Assembly: GCF_035594765.1 (NCBI RefSeq)
Contig: NC_085842.1
Location: 30,976,782 to 31,040,781 of the forward strand
Direction of reading: 5' to 3'
Length of the DNA stretch: 64,000 bases
Source: Anolis carolinensis
Taxonomy: Eukaryota
The translations under genes and the position numbers were made by a program. Within the stretch, counting starts at the first letter, position 1. The number at the start of each line of letters is the position of its first letter. Positions 38,401-51,689 of this stretch are shown here, one piece after another. Under the pieces are notes generated by a model. That model did not search any database. It saw only the letters and a list, made by a program, of their open reading frames with translations, and was not told the DNA's origin.

Positions 38401-41054
38401 TAACAGCTATTTTACTACACATGAACCATTGTTTTCTATGCAAAATCAAATTCAAATGAATTTTGCAAAGTATAAACCCCCAATTAAAGTATGTTTTACA
38501 CAGAAAATATTATTTTCACCACATCATCATACCCATTCACTTTTCATTTCTATTGCTGTTCACAACACACAGTCTGGCTATAAAATTTGCCTACAGACCC
38601 TTTACTCCCTGCATTTGAAGAAGTAGACTTAGTCTAAAAAAAGCTCATGCTGCCAGTATCCTTCACTCTGACTCTAATATGCAACAAGATAATTTTGCTT
38701 GTTGTGATTCAGGATTAACATGGGTATGTCTTTTCCTGAAAGTGTTTAAATGTTTTTCAATCCCTAGGCAACACCTGTTACAATCCTCTCTTCTACATTA
38801 AAAGTATGAAATTGCTCTTCAGTTTTCACCCTAGTTTCCTTCCTTTGTAACCCACATTTCTATAACATGGTGGTCAGTGTTTATGATGCTTGACAATGTG
38901 AGACACATTTTCTTTAATTACAGGACTTCATAATGCAAGCTAAGGGACCAACTGAGTATTGGATTGGCTTGAAGAGAAAGAAAGGGCAGCACTGGGAATG
39001 GGTAAATGGAACTCTCTTCAATGACTGGTAAGGTTTTCCAAGTTGCTAAAATGGAGAGGTATCAGTCAAAAACCAAACAACAACCAAAATATTATAAAGT
39101 CACATAACTAGAAAATATGAGGGTTCAATTTTGCAATTACAAAAATGATGACACACAAAATTTCAGGATTCAAAACAAAAAGAACACAAAAATGGCAGCA
39201 GAACAGAAAATCACAAACATTGTGACATAATTGAGTCAGATAAAGAAGAAAACAATATTTATTAGCTCGGATTATGGTGAATCTGAACTTTCTAAAAGAT
39301 ACAAACTATTTGGTGTTCCATGGTCTTTAGTCAGGGAGCCCCCGGTGGTGCAGCATGTTATAGCGCTGAGCTGCTGAACTTGTGGACCAAAAGGTCGCAG
39401 GTTCGAATCTGGGGAGTGGAGTGAGTGCCCGCTCTGCCAACTTCTGCCAACCTAGCAGTTCAAAAACAGGCAAATGTGAGTAGATCAATGGGTACCACTT
39501 CAGCGGGAAGGTAATAGCACGCCATGCAGTCATGCCGGCCATATTACCTTGGAGGTGTCTACGGACAACACCGGCTCTTCGGCTTGGAAATGGAGATGAG
39601 CACCAACCCCCAGAGTCAGTTACAACTGGACTTAATGTCAGGAGAAAACCTTTACCTTTACCCTTAGTCTTGAGTCAATGAGTAGCATTTGCTTCTGACC
39701 CCAGGCTCATTCTGGTTTGAGGCAGTTTAAAAAGGGATTTCTCCCATCAATTGCAAGAGGAACTTCTTTTTAAAAATTCTAGTTGTGCAGAAGAAATTTT
39801 ACTCTATTTGATTCCTCATCAATTTTGGCTTGGCCTTTTCCAGTATAGTGTATCATATACATGGAGAATTTTGGGTTTGTTGTGTTTTCTCTTTCTGTAA
39901 TTTTGTGTCCTTCTGGCATTTTTACAAGATTTTGATATTTTGTGCCCTTGAATTTGTGTATCATGGTTTTGTAATAACATAATTTAACTATCATGCTTTG
40001 TAATTGTATGATTTTATTGTGTGGTTGTTGTTTGGTAAGACAGTCCTTCTTTAGATTTTAGGTTTCAGAAGATCTTGAGACAATGTTAAAAGGTTTCATT
40101 TTAACATTTCCCCTCCTTAAAACAAAAACGTTTGTTTGAAAAGTGGTCTGTTTCTACAGTTAGGACATTACATATTTTATGTATTTAGTCTTTCAGGGCC
40201 ATCCCTCACAAAGCAGCATACATAAAAGAAAAAAAGTCACAGATACAGTAGGCAGATAAATCTAGATCCAGGTGGCCAAAGCTATTTTTGTGAATCTATG
40301 TGGCAAATCCCAGAATTCCATGGGAAGTTTCCATTGCAGTTAAAGTGGATTCAGAGTGCTATAACTTTGTAGTGTGGATGGCCACAAGATACTGGGACAA
40401 TAAATGGAAGAAGCAAGGAACTTTGCAAGGGAAAAGAAACATGATTTTGCTGACCTCCTGCTAATAACTTATTTTTTATCCTCCATTTTCCTGATTGGTA
40501 AAATAAGAAAATTAATTGGTTGCTTTCACATATATCTTTATTTATTTCAAGCAAATTTAGAGTGGTCTGCCAGAATTTCTGATCTGTAATGCAAGGTAGA
40601 TTCACATCTATCCAAGTGCATGTTACATGGACTGCAGTCAATAACTTCTGTTTATAGACTTCACCATTCTCATTTAAAAAATTAATAGATCCTGCATGTT
40701 CACTTTACCCTGTTAAAAGATATACAGGGTGTTTCATGGACTCAAGTGTAGAATTTGTCGAGTGCTTTGAGTGTGTATTCCTGGATGATCCTTTCTGTTT
40801 CTTTCAACTCTGATCTTTCTATGTTTTATGATTCTATGAGGGGTTTTTTTTCTTTGACACAACATAAATAAGGAAACTACTGGTAGTGTGATGTAGGTCA
40901 CGACATAGGGACTTCATTTCTGTTGTCCTCTCATTGCAGGCTCGACATTGGAGCTGATGGACCCTGTGCTTACCTGAATGATGAGAAGGCCAGTTCAACA
41001 TTATGCGGGACAAGACGAAATTGGATATGTGGCATGTCTGCTCGCACAGCCTAA
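33020..41054 (+). CDS. Type II transmembrane C-type lectin-like receptor (CLEC2/CD69/avian BLEC-like), 5 coding exons, 230 aa
   Basis: Exons 33020-33209 (cytoplasmic), 33926-34021 (TM), 37899-38086, 38924-39027 and 40940-41054. Intron phases 1,1,0,2 are typical of NK-complex lectins. All six CTLD cysteines are present, plus CPxGW..KCYYFS, YWIGL and CAYL...C..R.WIC motifs. An in-frame TAA at 32954 lies upstream of the ATG. Confidence 0.92.
33926..34021 (+). CDS. C-type lectin coding exon 2, transmembrane segment
   Basis: GGWKAKWSKTWFKAVIFSVILVTSNVVTAFI: basic residues then a hydrophobic stretch; phase 1-1. Confidence 0.85.
34275..34418 (-). mobile_element. Mariner transposase HTH fragment
   Basis: DKQRVGRPMT....K.DRL.QDDSRITQRKISSIIGISQERVGH matches the GRP linker and second HTH. 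Confidence 0.8.
34419..34990 (-). pseudogene. ROCK2: Transduplicated fragment of the ROCK2 5' region and coding exon 1
   Basis: MNYRPPQQPAASPGKIP...GRRRKLEAMIRDPRSPVNLES resembles the recalled ROCK2 N-terminus (MSRPPPTGKMP...[22 protein letters not shown]), preceded by a GC/CpG-rich leader. No further ROCK2 exons are in the window. Confidence 0.85.
35213..35720. mobile_element. Tigger-like MITE with an internal (CT)n(AT)n microsatellite
   Basis: GCAGTCCCTAAGTTAC terminus; sister copy at 44712-45108. Confidence 0.65.
36561..36887 (+). mobile_element. Sauria SINE
   Basis: Full-length tRNA-like head and ACCTTT tail. Confidence 0.85.
37899..38086 (+). CDS. C-type lectin coding exon 3, stalk and start of CTLD
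   Basis: LSCPSGWVGYEGKCYYFSESETNWNLSQSNCSASGASLVTIENQKEM. Confidence 0.95.
38924..39027 (+). CDS. C-type lectin coding exon 4
   Basis: DFIMQAKGPTEYWIGLKRKKGQHWEWVNGTLFNDW. Confidence 0.95.
39334..39663 (+). mobile_element. Sauria SINE
   Basis: Full-length copy with ACCTTTACC tail. Confidence 0.85.
40940..41054 (+). CDS. C-type lectin coding exon 5 (last)
   Basis: LDIGADGPCAYLNDEKASSTLCGTRRNWICGMSARTA, then TAA. Confidence 0.95.
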
Positions 41055-41506
41055 GCAAAGTTTGAAAGCTTCCCAACACAAATGATTTGATAATTGTATG
41101 CTGTACATGGGTTATCTGTTTATTCAAAAGGTCCAGACCAGAACTGGGGAGCAACAGGTTATCGGCTACATTTGGATGACCACAAGTTGCCCACTTTGCT
41201 TGGTTCAGCTGCTGGATTTGTCCGTGGAGAAAAATCAAACACAATGGAATCCTCACTGCCAGTCTTACCCATTGAATATTTCAATTTGCAATTCAATGGT
41301 TATCCCATTAGAATATTCTAATGGGCAGACAAACTATTTCCACACCCCAGTGCAACTCCCAGCATTTCTTGGCACTGCCACCAGCTAAGACTGATGGGGA
41401 GTATAGTTCAACAGTTTCTAATAGGCCTCTCTTGCACCAAAAATGTAGCCTTGTGACTTTAGTATCCCAGAGGGAGTACTCGAGGACTCCCTCTGGGATA
41501 CTAAAG

Positions 41507-42460
41507 GACTCAACGCTGACACTTGACGCTCAGGTGTTGGCGGTGGCTGGGAGGGCCTTTGCACAATTAAAACTTGTGCGCCAGCTGCGACCGTACCTCG
41601 AGAAGTCGGATCTGGCCATGGTGGTCCATGCCTTAGTTACCTCCAGACTGGATTATTGCAATGCGCTCTACGTGGGGCTGCCCTTGAAGACGGCCCGGAA
41701 ATTGCAACTAGTCCAGCGTTCGGCAGCCAGGCTTCTAACTGGAGCAAATTGCAGGGCGTGTTCAACGCCACTGTTAAAGGAGCTCCATTGGCTGCCGTTT
41801 ATTTTCCAAGCCCAATTCACCTACAAAGCCCTGAACCGTTTGGGATCCACCTACCTTCGTGACCGCATTTCCCCCTATGAACCTGCATGGTCTCTTCGCT
41901 CGTCGGGGGAGGCCCTCCTCTTGCTCCCACCACCCTCGCAGTCGCGGTTGGTGGGGACGAGGGAGAGGGCCTTCTCCATTGTGGCCCCTCGGCTCTGGGA
42001 CTCTCTCCCCAGGGAGATCAGGCAGGCCCCAACACTCCTTACTTTTCGGAAGAGCCTGAAAACCTGGCTCTTCCAACAGGCCTTTGGCGATTGACTTCCA
42101 TAGCAAAGGATTGACTAGTTGCCCATTTTTATTTTTACCGCACTTTATTCTTTTAGCCGGCCATAGTCTCCTTTGTTTATGCCTTCCCCAGCACTTTAAT
42201 GGGATTGTGGTTTTGTATCGTCCTCCCCCCGACTGCATGTGATACTACTAGCACTCTTATGGCCCAGTTCTTTTTAGGAGCCAACCCAGGATTTTATCAA
42301 GCATGTTTGTTTTATATGATTTTATTTGTTTTATGACTTGCTTTATTGTTGATTGATTTGTTTTTATTGTTGTGTTTTACATTGTCTGTTTTGCCTGGGC
42401 TTGGCCCCATGTAAGCTGCCCCGAGTCCCCTTGGGGAGATGGGGTGGGGTACAAAAATAA
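41507..42460 (+). mobile_element. L2 LINE 3' fragment (RT C-terminus and 3' UTR)
   Basis: LVRQLRPYL...VHALVTSRLDYCNALYVGLP...LHWLP...RERAFS..APRLW.SLP. Confidence 0.85.
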
Positions 42461-44711
42461 TAATAATAATAATTATTATTATTATTATTATTTCTCTGTC
42501 TGTTGAGCCATAACTGTTTGAAAAATGAATTTCCTCTGTTTGTTTCCCAGTTGGCAACTGCTGGGTATCTCTGTGGAAGAGAATCTCATGCAACAAGAAA
42601 AGTATGAGGTAACCTTATATTAAGGGTGCCCTCACCAAACCCCCACAGGATATTTGGTACTGTATCCACATGATCTAATGTGCCATAAAATCTAATGTGC
42701 ACTTCAGTTTTCAAAACCCTGAAATCAAAAAAAGTATTTGCTGCCAAATGTAATGCACAGTGGTAAAAAGTGAGCTCTTTGTAATTTGGCCTCAAAAGAT
42801 GTGCATTACAGTTGCACAAGATTCCTTCTTTAAGAACAAAAGTGTTAAAGCACCACAGCTTTCCTCAATAGAAAAGAAAACCTGAGGATGTATCTATGTT
42901 GTGGATGCCTTGATTCAATTAATTGCCATGGTTCAATGCTATAGAGTCATGGGAGCTGTAGTATGATAGGATAATGAGTCGTCCCTGCCAAAGAATGCAA
43001 GTACCTTATTTAGCAGTGGCAATAAAATTAGCCATTGCATCCCTCCAATAGGAGCTCCAGGTACAGCTCCTGAAGCAGCTTCCCCTTTGGCTTTGGCTCA
43101 GCACTAAGATTACGGTATGACTCAAATCTAATGCACACCTTAATTTTGGTAAAATAATTCAGCCAAAAAAGGTGAGAATTAGATTCAAGTAAATAAGGCA
43201 GTTTGTTTTTTCTTTTCAGTTGTTTACCTGTTGCTACGGATCCTAGACAGGGTGGGCAACTTGTGGGTCTTCAGATGTTGTTAGACTGCCCCTCCTGTCA
43301 ACTGTCACCTTGGCTTTGCTGGCAAGGGCTACTGAAAATACAGTCCAACACTTAAACGTCAGAAGTTATCCACTCTAAATCTGGAAATTATGGACTCCAA
43401 CCTGTGATTTGTACTGTGTGTTCCAGCAACAATGGCAAGGAATACGGAAAGTTGTAGTCCAGCAATACTTGGGAGGGTACATGATTCCCATCCCGTGGGC
43501 AGGCTTTGAGTCTGAGTTCAGCAAGATTTCTATTAACGTTTTTGTTTTGCTTTCTTTATTTGGCAAAAAAATGGTTCCTAGTCCTCTCACTCAGAGTAGG
43601 TCAAGAATCCAGTTGTAACAGAATCTGGGATGAAGAACTGCCCAAAACAGAACTTTTAGGTGGCATTTTTATGCATGTTACTTTCTTTGCCATTTAAGTA
43701 ATTTAGCATGCATGTCTTTGCAGTAATAACCTGTCAGAGCATTTGGTTTACTTGCTAGATCTGGGAAAGATGTACATAATCTTAGCAATAATCTTCAGGG
43801 TGCTGGTGCAATGTATGGACTTTTTAAATCCAGGAATTTGTTGTTATGTGCCATCAAGTAATTCCTGACTAAGGAGATTTTTTTTCGCCCTTCCTCATTA
43901 TAAGCTTCCCATAGATAACATACAGGCCAATCTGTGAGCTAAAGCTTAGTGTAGACAAAGTATACAGTCTGATCCAAGAGGACAGATAAGTTCTAAATGA
44001 CAAAAAATAAAGAGAAGGCAAGTTGATTTTTTTTTTTTGTAAAACCTAGAGATAAGTGGGAAGGGGGAGCCAGACCACCAGTGTTGTGGTTTGCAATTAA
44101 CAAAGGTGAACAAGATGTAGTGACACAAACCACTTCTCTTATCATCCTAGATAGTTTGTCCATTTTTGCCATTTCAACAAATTATACTAATCAATTTTCT
44201 CTTGAAATACATCTGTATTCTTCCATTTTGGAAGTAAAGTATTCTTGCAATTGGAACCATATAGTGTATTAACATGAGATCCATTTTTTAAATCTGCATA
44301 GTTGGTAATCCCAGTAAAAATAAAATCAGGTCTTAGTTCACATTTATTTTTGAAATCCCTTGTATGAGGCCTTAGAATAATGTGCAATACTTCTTCACTT
44401 TGTCACATGTCCACAACATATGGCAGAAAGTACCTTGTTGTATTTTGTACTCCCAGCACACATTTTAAGTTTCTGTATACATCTTAGATAATATAATTGG
44501 CATTAAGCACATCAGTGAAGTAGCCCCAAAGTTTTCATCTAAGAGAAGGAAGGTACATAGATTCTTAGAAGTTGAAGTTGTATATACCTCCAGCTCTTTT
44601 TGAACCACAGGCTCCTTTCAAGATCAGGGTGAACATGATCTAAGCATGTCCTGAGGCAGCCCATATTATTATCCAGTCCTCTGAAACTATGGCATTGAGC
44701 TTTTCTATGTA

Positions 44712-45108
44712 CAGGCAGTCCCCAAGTTACAAACAAGATATGTTCTGTAGGTTTGTTCTTAAGCTGAATTTGTATGTAAGTCAGAACAGGTATGTTTTAA
44801 AAGTAACTCCAGCTATATATGTGTGTGTGTGTGTGTATGTATGCTTTGGACAGCAACGGTGAGGGTTAACACCCTTGTCTGTGTCTCTGTTCTCACTTTC
44901 TATTCCTGCGAGAATTTGAAAATTTGGCTTGTTGTGGAAATAAGGATCGGTGAAAAAGTTTCAGTGAAGACACCTTTTCCCCATGATAATTCTTTCAGGA
45001 GTAAATTTCCCTTCCTAGGCGTAGATTTCTCTCACTTTCTATGGTCCCACCCCTGTTCTTAATTATGAGTCATTTGTAAGTCGCATGTCTGTAACTCAGA
45101 GACTGCCT
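44712..45108. mobile_element. Tigger-like MITE
   Basis: CAGGCAGTCCCCAAGTTAC...GTAACTCAGAGACTGCCTG, TA-flanked. Confidence 0.75.
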
Positions 45109-48100
45109 GTACTTACTTTATTTTTATCCTGCCTTTCTCCCAATTTTGGGGACTCAAGGTGGCTAACCAATTAAATCCTTTGTAACATTAAGCATAAAAA
45201 TACTGAAGTACATTAAATACTACACAGCCATCCCAAAATCCTACCCATACCATCCCCAGAAGTCTGCCTCTCATCATTCCATAAACACCTGATGGCAGAG
45301 GCAAGCAAAGGCAAGCAAGGACAAGGCCATCCTGGTCTCTCTAATGGGGGGATTCCAGCATTTGGGAGCAGCCACTGGAAAGGCCCTCTCCCTTGTTCCT
45401 ACCAAATGAGTTTGAGAGGGTAGTAGGATAGAGAAAAGACTCTCTCCAGAAGATCTTGCTGTCCTAATAGGCTCTTAAATAGAGATATGGTCATTCAAAT
45501 TACCTGGACTCAAGCTGTATAGGGCTTTTATTTATTTATTTACAGTATTTATATTCCGCCCTTCTCACCCCAAAGGGGACTCAGGGCGGATCACATTGCA
45601 CACATATAAGGCAAACATTCAATGCCATAACATAGAACAGAGACATAGACAGACGCAGGCATGGGCTGGCCTCGAACTCATGACCTCTTGGTCAGAGTGA
45701 TTTGTTGCAGCTGTCTGCTAACCAGCCTGCGCCACCACAAGGTTGACTCTCGCCCTTAAATTTCCAATTTCCTGGAGTCTGAGCCAACATGAGCCATACA
45801 CCTAAGTCTTAAACCAGCAGGGGTTTTGATTATTGGATGTAATTTATGTTGTAATTGTAAGTTTATGTTTAATATTGTTAGTCTACATATTTTGTTACAA
45901 TTACACTTGAAATTGAATGTAACATTCGAAATCTTCTCATAACTGAAGAAACGTGCTTACATTGTTTTAAGGCACCAGGTTCAGTATGACCTTGGACGTT
46001 AAGCAAGATCAGCCCTAGTTAGTTGGATAGGGGACCACCAAGGTGTTGTGGGATACATTTCAGAAGAAAGCACTAGCAAAACCATTTCTGGGCATTCCTT
46101 GCCTAAGAAAAAATTCTATGCAATTCATGGGATGGCCATATGTCAACAGGTGCTTCTTTTTATTCCTTTGTAACACTGCTTTTGTATTTTCATGTAATAC
46201 TAAGGCATTAAAATAAAATAATGAGGAAAGGAATTCTGTTTTTTTTTCTCATGTAATAACTCTGTTTGTTCTCCGGAATTTTATCCCAGAGATTCTGGAG
46301 CATGGGTGCAATTTTGTAGTTACAGTTTAGGAAATCTATCTCCAAAGAAAGCATACGTTTCCCACTTGATCCCTAAAAATGTATGATAGGAAAATTTCAG
46401 AATCGAGATCTTCAGTTTGTGGCTTTATCTTCCATCATAGCATTGGTGGACTTTGAATAATTGAATCCTTGAAGAGATTGCAAGGGCCATCCAGTCCAGT
46501 CTCCAGCTATGCAAGAAAATACAGTCAAAGTACTCCCAACAGATGGCCATCCAGCCTCTGTTTACAAGCCTCCAAAGAAGGAACCTCCATCACACTCCCA
46601 GGCAACGTATAACACCGCTGAACAGCTCTTGCCATCAGGAAATTCTTCTTAATGTTTAGGTGGAATCTCACTGGTTATGACAATCCTAGAGTGATGCATA
46701 TTACATTTGCGGCATTAAGCAGGGCCAATACAAACTCAGAAAATGCAGTGACAAACAAAGGGGGGTGTTTAGAGTAGACAAGTTCCTAATTTCACTTCCC
46801 ATACAAGAAGCTGACTTCAAATTGGCAGGACCCTCATGAAAGTGAAAAACTGCAAAAAAATTAATACTTTTAACCTGAAAGAACACATCTCTGGGATTTT
46901 TTAGGTCTTCCAACATTACTGTAATCAACCAACCATAGAACTGCACTGAAGAATCTAGAAATTCCTAGACAGGTGTTCTCCCTAGAAATCTCTATCAGGG
47001 TCTTCCAGCATGACTGGAGTCAGTCGACCATAGGGTCACACAGGAGGGCTAAGGGTGAATCAACACTATAGAAACAATACAGTATGACATTACTTTAACT
47101 ACTAGGGAATCCTGGGAGTTGAATTTTGAAAGGTACCAGTTCCCTCCACTTTGGAGACCTGTACATTTAGACTGGTGGACATGTTGTCAGACAGCAACTC
47201 CCATCACCATACCTTTTAAAGACTATATGGCAAGACATGCATACTGAGTTCTGGGTTTAGAAACCAAACTGTTCAGCCACATAAACAAAGTGTATAATAA
47301 TTCTCAATCTCCCCAAAACGTCATGTTCGTAACAAAAGTTGGCATTGAGTATTCCCCAGATAGCAATTGTGGTTTTGAGGCAAACCATAGCATTGAACCA
47401 TAACAGCAGGTGGAAAAAGGAAGGCTGTCGCCATCTACAAAATGCACAACCAGGTTTTGTTACATGGTTAGAGTTGATCCCGTAGGATTGATTTAAGTGT
47501 ATTCACTTATAATATTTTTGTGTGCAGTTGTTATGCGCTTTCAGGTCAACTAATGCTTGGCAACTCTGCCTAAGGTGCGTCTACACTGTAGAACGCATGC
47601 AGTTTGACACTATTCCAGATGTTTTGGACTTTGACTCCCACAACTCCTCACAGCCGGCAAGCTGGCTGGAATTTCTGGGAGTTGGTCCAAAATGCCTGGA
47701 GGACCAAAATTTGGGAACCACTGGGCTAAATAAAGACTTTGTGGAATTCCCAACTCCCAGAATTCCATCGCATTGAGCCATGACAGTTAAAGCAACGTCA
47801 AACTGCATGAATCCTACAGTGTGACTATACCTCTGAGATTCCTAAAGAGAACATTCTTATCAAATCCATGACAAAATTTGAAAAATGTTCTGTTTCTAGT
47901 TTGCAAGTGTTATTTCCTGTTTAATTGTGCGGTACTTACTTTTGAAGTAGTTGTTATACTCCAGAAACTTTGTTTTTGTGACTGTCACAAAGTAGGCTGA
48001 ATTGGTCGAGACTCAATAAGATATTCACTGAAAAACTAGAGCAAAATGTGCTGTAGGATGTCCTTCTCTCGAAAAAAGTTTTTTTTCATTTTAATAATTT

Positions 48101-48267
48101 TTTCCCCTTTTCTATGATAGAACCAATGAGGAAATGATATTTATAACCCAGGAACAAAAATCGTGTTACATAGGATGAAATCAAAACCACAAAGGTGGAG
48201 GGAAAACTGAATCATATATTATGCCAGGCATGGGCAAACTTCGACCTTCCAGGTGTTTTGGACATCA

Positions 48268-48900
48268 TGTTGTTGAAGGTTTTCATGGCCGGAATCACTG
48301 GGTTGCTGTGAGTTTTCTGTTGCTGTATGGCCATGTTCCAGAAGCATTCTCTCCTGATGTTTTGCCCACATCTATGGCAGGCATCCTCAGAGGTTGTGAA
48401 GTATATTGGAAACTAGAAACTGGACACAGCATATTATTTGAGAACACAGAAATGCTGGACAACTCTAACAACCACTATGTCAGACTACACAGAGTAGCTA
48501 TTGAAATCCACAAGCATGTGGACAATTTCAACAGAAAGGAGGAAACCATGAAAATGAACAAAATCTGGCTACCAGTATTTTTTAAAAAAGTATAAAATCA
48601 GGACAGTAAAGAAAGAACATCAGGAAATGGGAATTCCAGACGTGAAACAATCAAGTCCAGCTAACACCTCCCAACAAAGGATTCCCCCAGGCAGGAATCA
48701 ACCAGACCTTGAAACTGCCAGGCTTTTCTATGCTAATTGCAACATTTACACTTGCCTCCAAGAGTTCTTTCTCCCACCCTGGACTTTCCAGAGATATATA
48801 AACCTGTCTTGCCTAGTTTCCAATAGACCTTATAACCTCTGAGGATGCCCGAGGATGTGGGCAAAACATCAGGAAAGAGTGCTTCTGGAACATGGCCATA
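48268..48900 (+). mobile_element. Penelope-like fragment nested in a hAT MITE
   Basis: Homologous to 16890-17440 (GHSILFENTEMLD...EIHKH..NFNRKEE). Confidence 0.75.
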
Positions 48901-49204
48901 TAAAGTAGCCTAGTTTTGGACTTCAATTCCCATAATTCCTAACAGCCTACCTGGAGCTAGAATCCAGAGCTTTATGGTTGCCCAACTATAATTGTTTTGC
49001 ATAGTCATTGGTGCTCTTTAGTTTTTACCCAGTTTGGGTCCCCAGCTCCTTTACAGACCACAGTATTTATTGTGTATTATTAATAGGTTAGGCTAAAAAT
49101 ATATTCCCAAGCTCATCCAGTCATTATGGCTCAGGGAAACAGAAGTCCTAGTCTGTCATTCTAACCACTACATTATAGTAGCTCCCTTTGTAAACGGTAT
49201 CTAT

Positions 49205-49990
49205 TGTTGGGTGAGGGGGCTTATCAACCCTCTGCATAAAGGTATAGCAGAATAACTTATTAGCAGCAACGTGACCCAGCACCAGTAGCCGTGATAAAAT
49301 AAACAAAACATACAGACCAATGTTACCTCTTCCTTAGGAAGCTTTTCTTTATAGCAAAATTGGCTTCTTTCTTATGCAGATAAACAGCTTCACTCTCATA
49401 GAGCCTCCTCTCACACAGAACTTATACAGGAGCTTCACACAATAGGGTTGTTGTGTTTTCCGGGCTGTATGGCCACGTTCTAGAAGCATTCTCTCTTGAC
49501 ATTTCACCCACATCTATGGCAGGCATCCTCAGAGGCTGTGAGAATATACCTCACAACCTCTGAGGGTGCCTGCAATAGATGTGGGAGAAGCGTCAGGAGA
49601 GAATGTTTCTGGAACATGGCCATACAGCCCAGAAAACACACAACAACCCTGTGATTCCGGCCATGAAAACCTTCGACAACACATTCACACAATAGCTTCA
49701 CACACAGCAGTCTTCACACTGGAGCCTCACTCAAACCAGGTCTCCAACCTGGGGCTTCTCTCACCAAAGCTTCTCACACCAGGCCTTTCTCCCACTGAGG
49801 CCTTCTCACACTGAGACCTCTCTCACATAGAGGCTTTCTCATACTCTTGAGTAGCTTTGGCCCACAAACTCTTAACAGACTTCAGCCTACTCACTCTCCT
49901 CAGGACGACACCAGCTGATTTAAGCCTTTCAGTGCTTGACTCACGTTTTTGTAATTAAAAATATCTAGTTAATTTTTAATATTTCTGACA
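49205..49990. mobile_element. Possible solo LTR with a degenerate CTTCTCACAC minisatellite and a Penelope insertion
   Basis: TG...CA ends with an imperfect 5-bp flank (TCTAT/ACTAT). Confidence 0.35.
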
Positions 49991-50004
49991 ACTATTGCTT
50001 AAAC

Positions 50005-50454
50005 CAATGATGGGCAAGCTTTTGCGCTTGGTGTATCAAAATTCACCAAAAAACCTAGCATGACTTGGGTGGTGTGTTACTTTGAGAAAAAAAGAAACAT
50101 AATTTTGCAATATGTATAGTTTAAATAACAAAAATGTATAATTTTAATATATAACTGTATTTAATAAATCAAAAACTATTTACTACCCTTATTTTCATAT
50201 ACAACAATATATGGTGCCTCTTGCAGTTTCCACGCTGATTTCTCTCTATTCTAGTTTCAATGTAGTCATGAATAATGAATAATATAATAGTAATAATATG
50301 ATAATATACTACAATAATAATAGAATGATATTATATATATATATAATTTGGCCACAAAAAATAGTCATCCAATAAATCTGCAGGCAGCAGCGTGTTAGCA
50401 AAAATGGCTAGGCGTGTCAATGCTGACACGCGTGTCATAGGTTGGCCATCACTG
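50005..50454. mobile_element. Non-autonomous hAT element
   Basis: CAATGATGGGCAA...TTGGCCATCACTG; TSD GCTTAAAC/GCTTAGAC. Confidence 0.85.
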
Positions 50455-50574
50455 GCTTAGACGATCAAGTCATTTCTGTTGCATTAAAGTTACCTTTCAT
50501 ATTTTTTTTAAAAATCCTTTATTTACAAATATTTTCTGCCTAGTGAATTCTAGGAAAATGGACGATTCATACAT

Positions 50575-51000
50575 ACACAGCCAATACATTCCCCTTCTTA
50601 AAGTCTCCCAGCAGGTGGGGGCGGGACATCCTGCAGCTGAAATCGGAAGAGAGAGAAAGAAAAGACTTCCGGTGTCTCTACTGCTCCGTCTCTCCGCTTC
50701 TGCTTCTTCATCGCTGCAGCCGTTCTCCTTCTCGCATCTCTGTTGGATTCTGGGCCTTTCAGCCTCCCTTAACCAAAGGCAAACCAGAGGCCTGAATCCT
50801 CTCAGCGCCTTGCCTTGTTCCTGCGGAGGAGGGAGCCCAGCATGGAGGAGGGAGATCCCGGGGAGAGAAGGAAGCTGTTGAGGGGGATCCAGGCTCGGCG
50901 AAGCAAAGGCCCCTCTGCGCATGCGCATGTCCCGTCTGAAGCAGGCCAAGGGCCCTGGAGAGAAGCCGCCCTCGACGAGAGAAGGAGCGGAGTAAGTGCC
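50575..51000 (+). promoter_or_regulatory. CpG-island promoter and first exon
   Basis: CCAAT at 50581, GC box at 50617, ETS ACTTCCGGT at 50665, NRF1 TGCGCATGCGCA at 50916, donor GGA|GTAAGT at 50992. Confidence 0.75.
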
Positions 51001-51056
51001 CCAAAGACAGGAGGGCTGCGTGGTCAGCATACAAGGGGGAAGGGGCTCTTTCAGCT

Positions 51057-51233
51057 CAGGCCTAGGCAAACTTGGGCTCTCCAGGGGTTTTGGACTCCAA
51101 CTCCCACCATTCCTCACAGCCTCAGGCCCCTTCCTTTTCCCCCTCAGCCGCTTAAGGAAAGGGCCTGAGGCTGTGAGGAATGGTGGGAGTTGGAGTCCAA
51201 AACCCCTGGAGGGCCCAAGTCTGCCCATGCCTG
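51057..51233. mobile_element. Palindromic hAT MITE
   Basis: Same family as 181-366. Confidence 0.8.
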
Positions 51234-51689
51234 GACTATACCTTCCATGATGCCAGACCTGCAGCTGATCAGGGCTTCTGGGAGCTAGAATCCAAAACTT
51301 TATGGTTGCCCAACTATAATTGTTTTGCATAGCGGTCAGTGCCCTTCCACCCCTTTTGATTCGCAAACTACTACTCCAGGTGTTTTAGATTTCAGCTCCC
51401 AGAAGTTGTGGAAGTTGAAGTCCTAAACATCTGGAGGTGCAGTTTGAGAAACTATGACCTAAGATAACACTTTCCTCTTTATCCTGATCATTTAGCTAAC
51501 ATGTGTCAAACTGAAGACCCATGTGCCGAATCTGAACCGCCATGTCATTTTATGAGACCCTCCAGATGCTGGACTATTTGTCATCATTAGACATCATAAC
51601 TAGAGCTGATGGGAGTTGGGATGCATAACTTTTGATTTTCCACCATGCGGACCGGGGAGAGTGGGAATTGCGAGCCAACAGCACGCTGA

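Noticed and set aside
41321-42094. 257-aa ORF as a host gene
   Set aside because: It is L2 reverse-transcriptase C-terminal sequence with read-through from the flank.
50497-51366. 289-aa minus-strand ORF
   Set aside because: It runs through a palindromic MITE and a GC-rich island where stops are rare, and has no recognisable domain.
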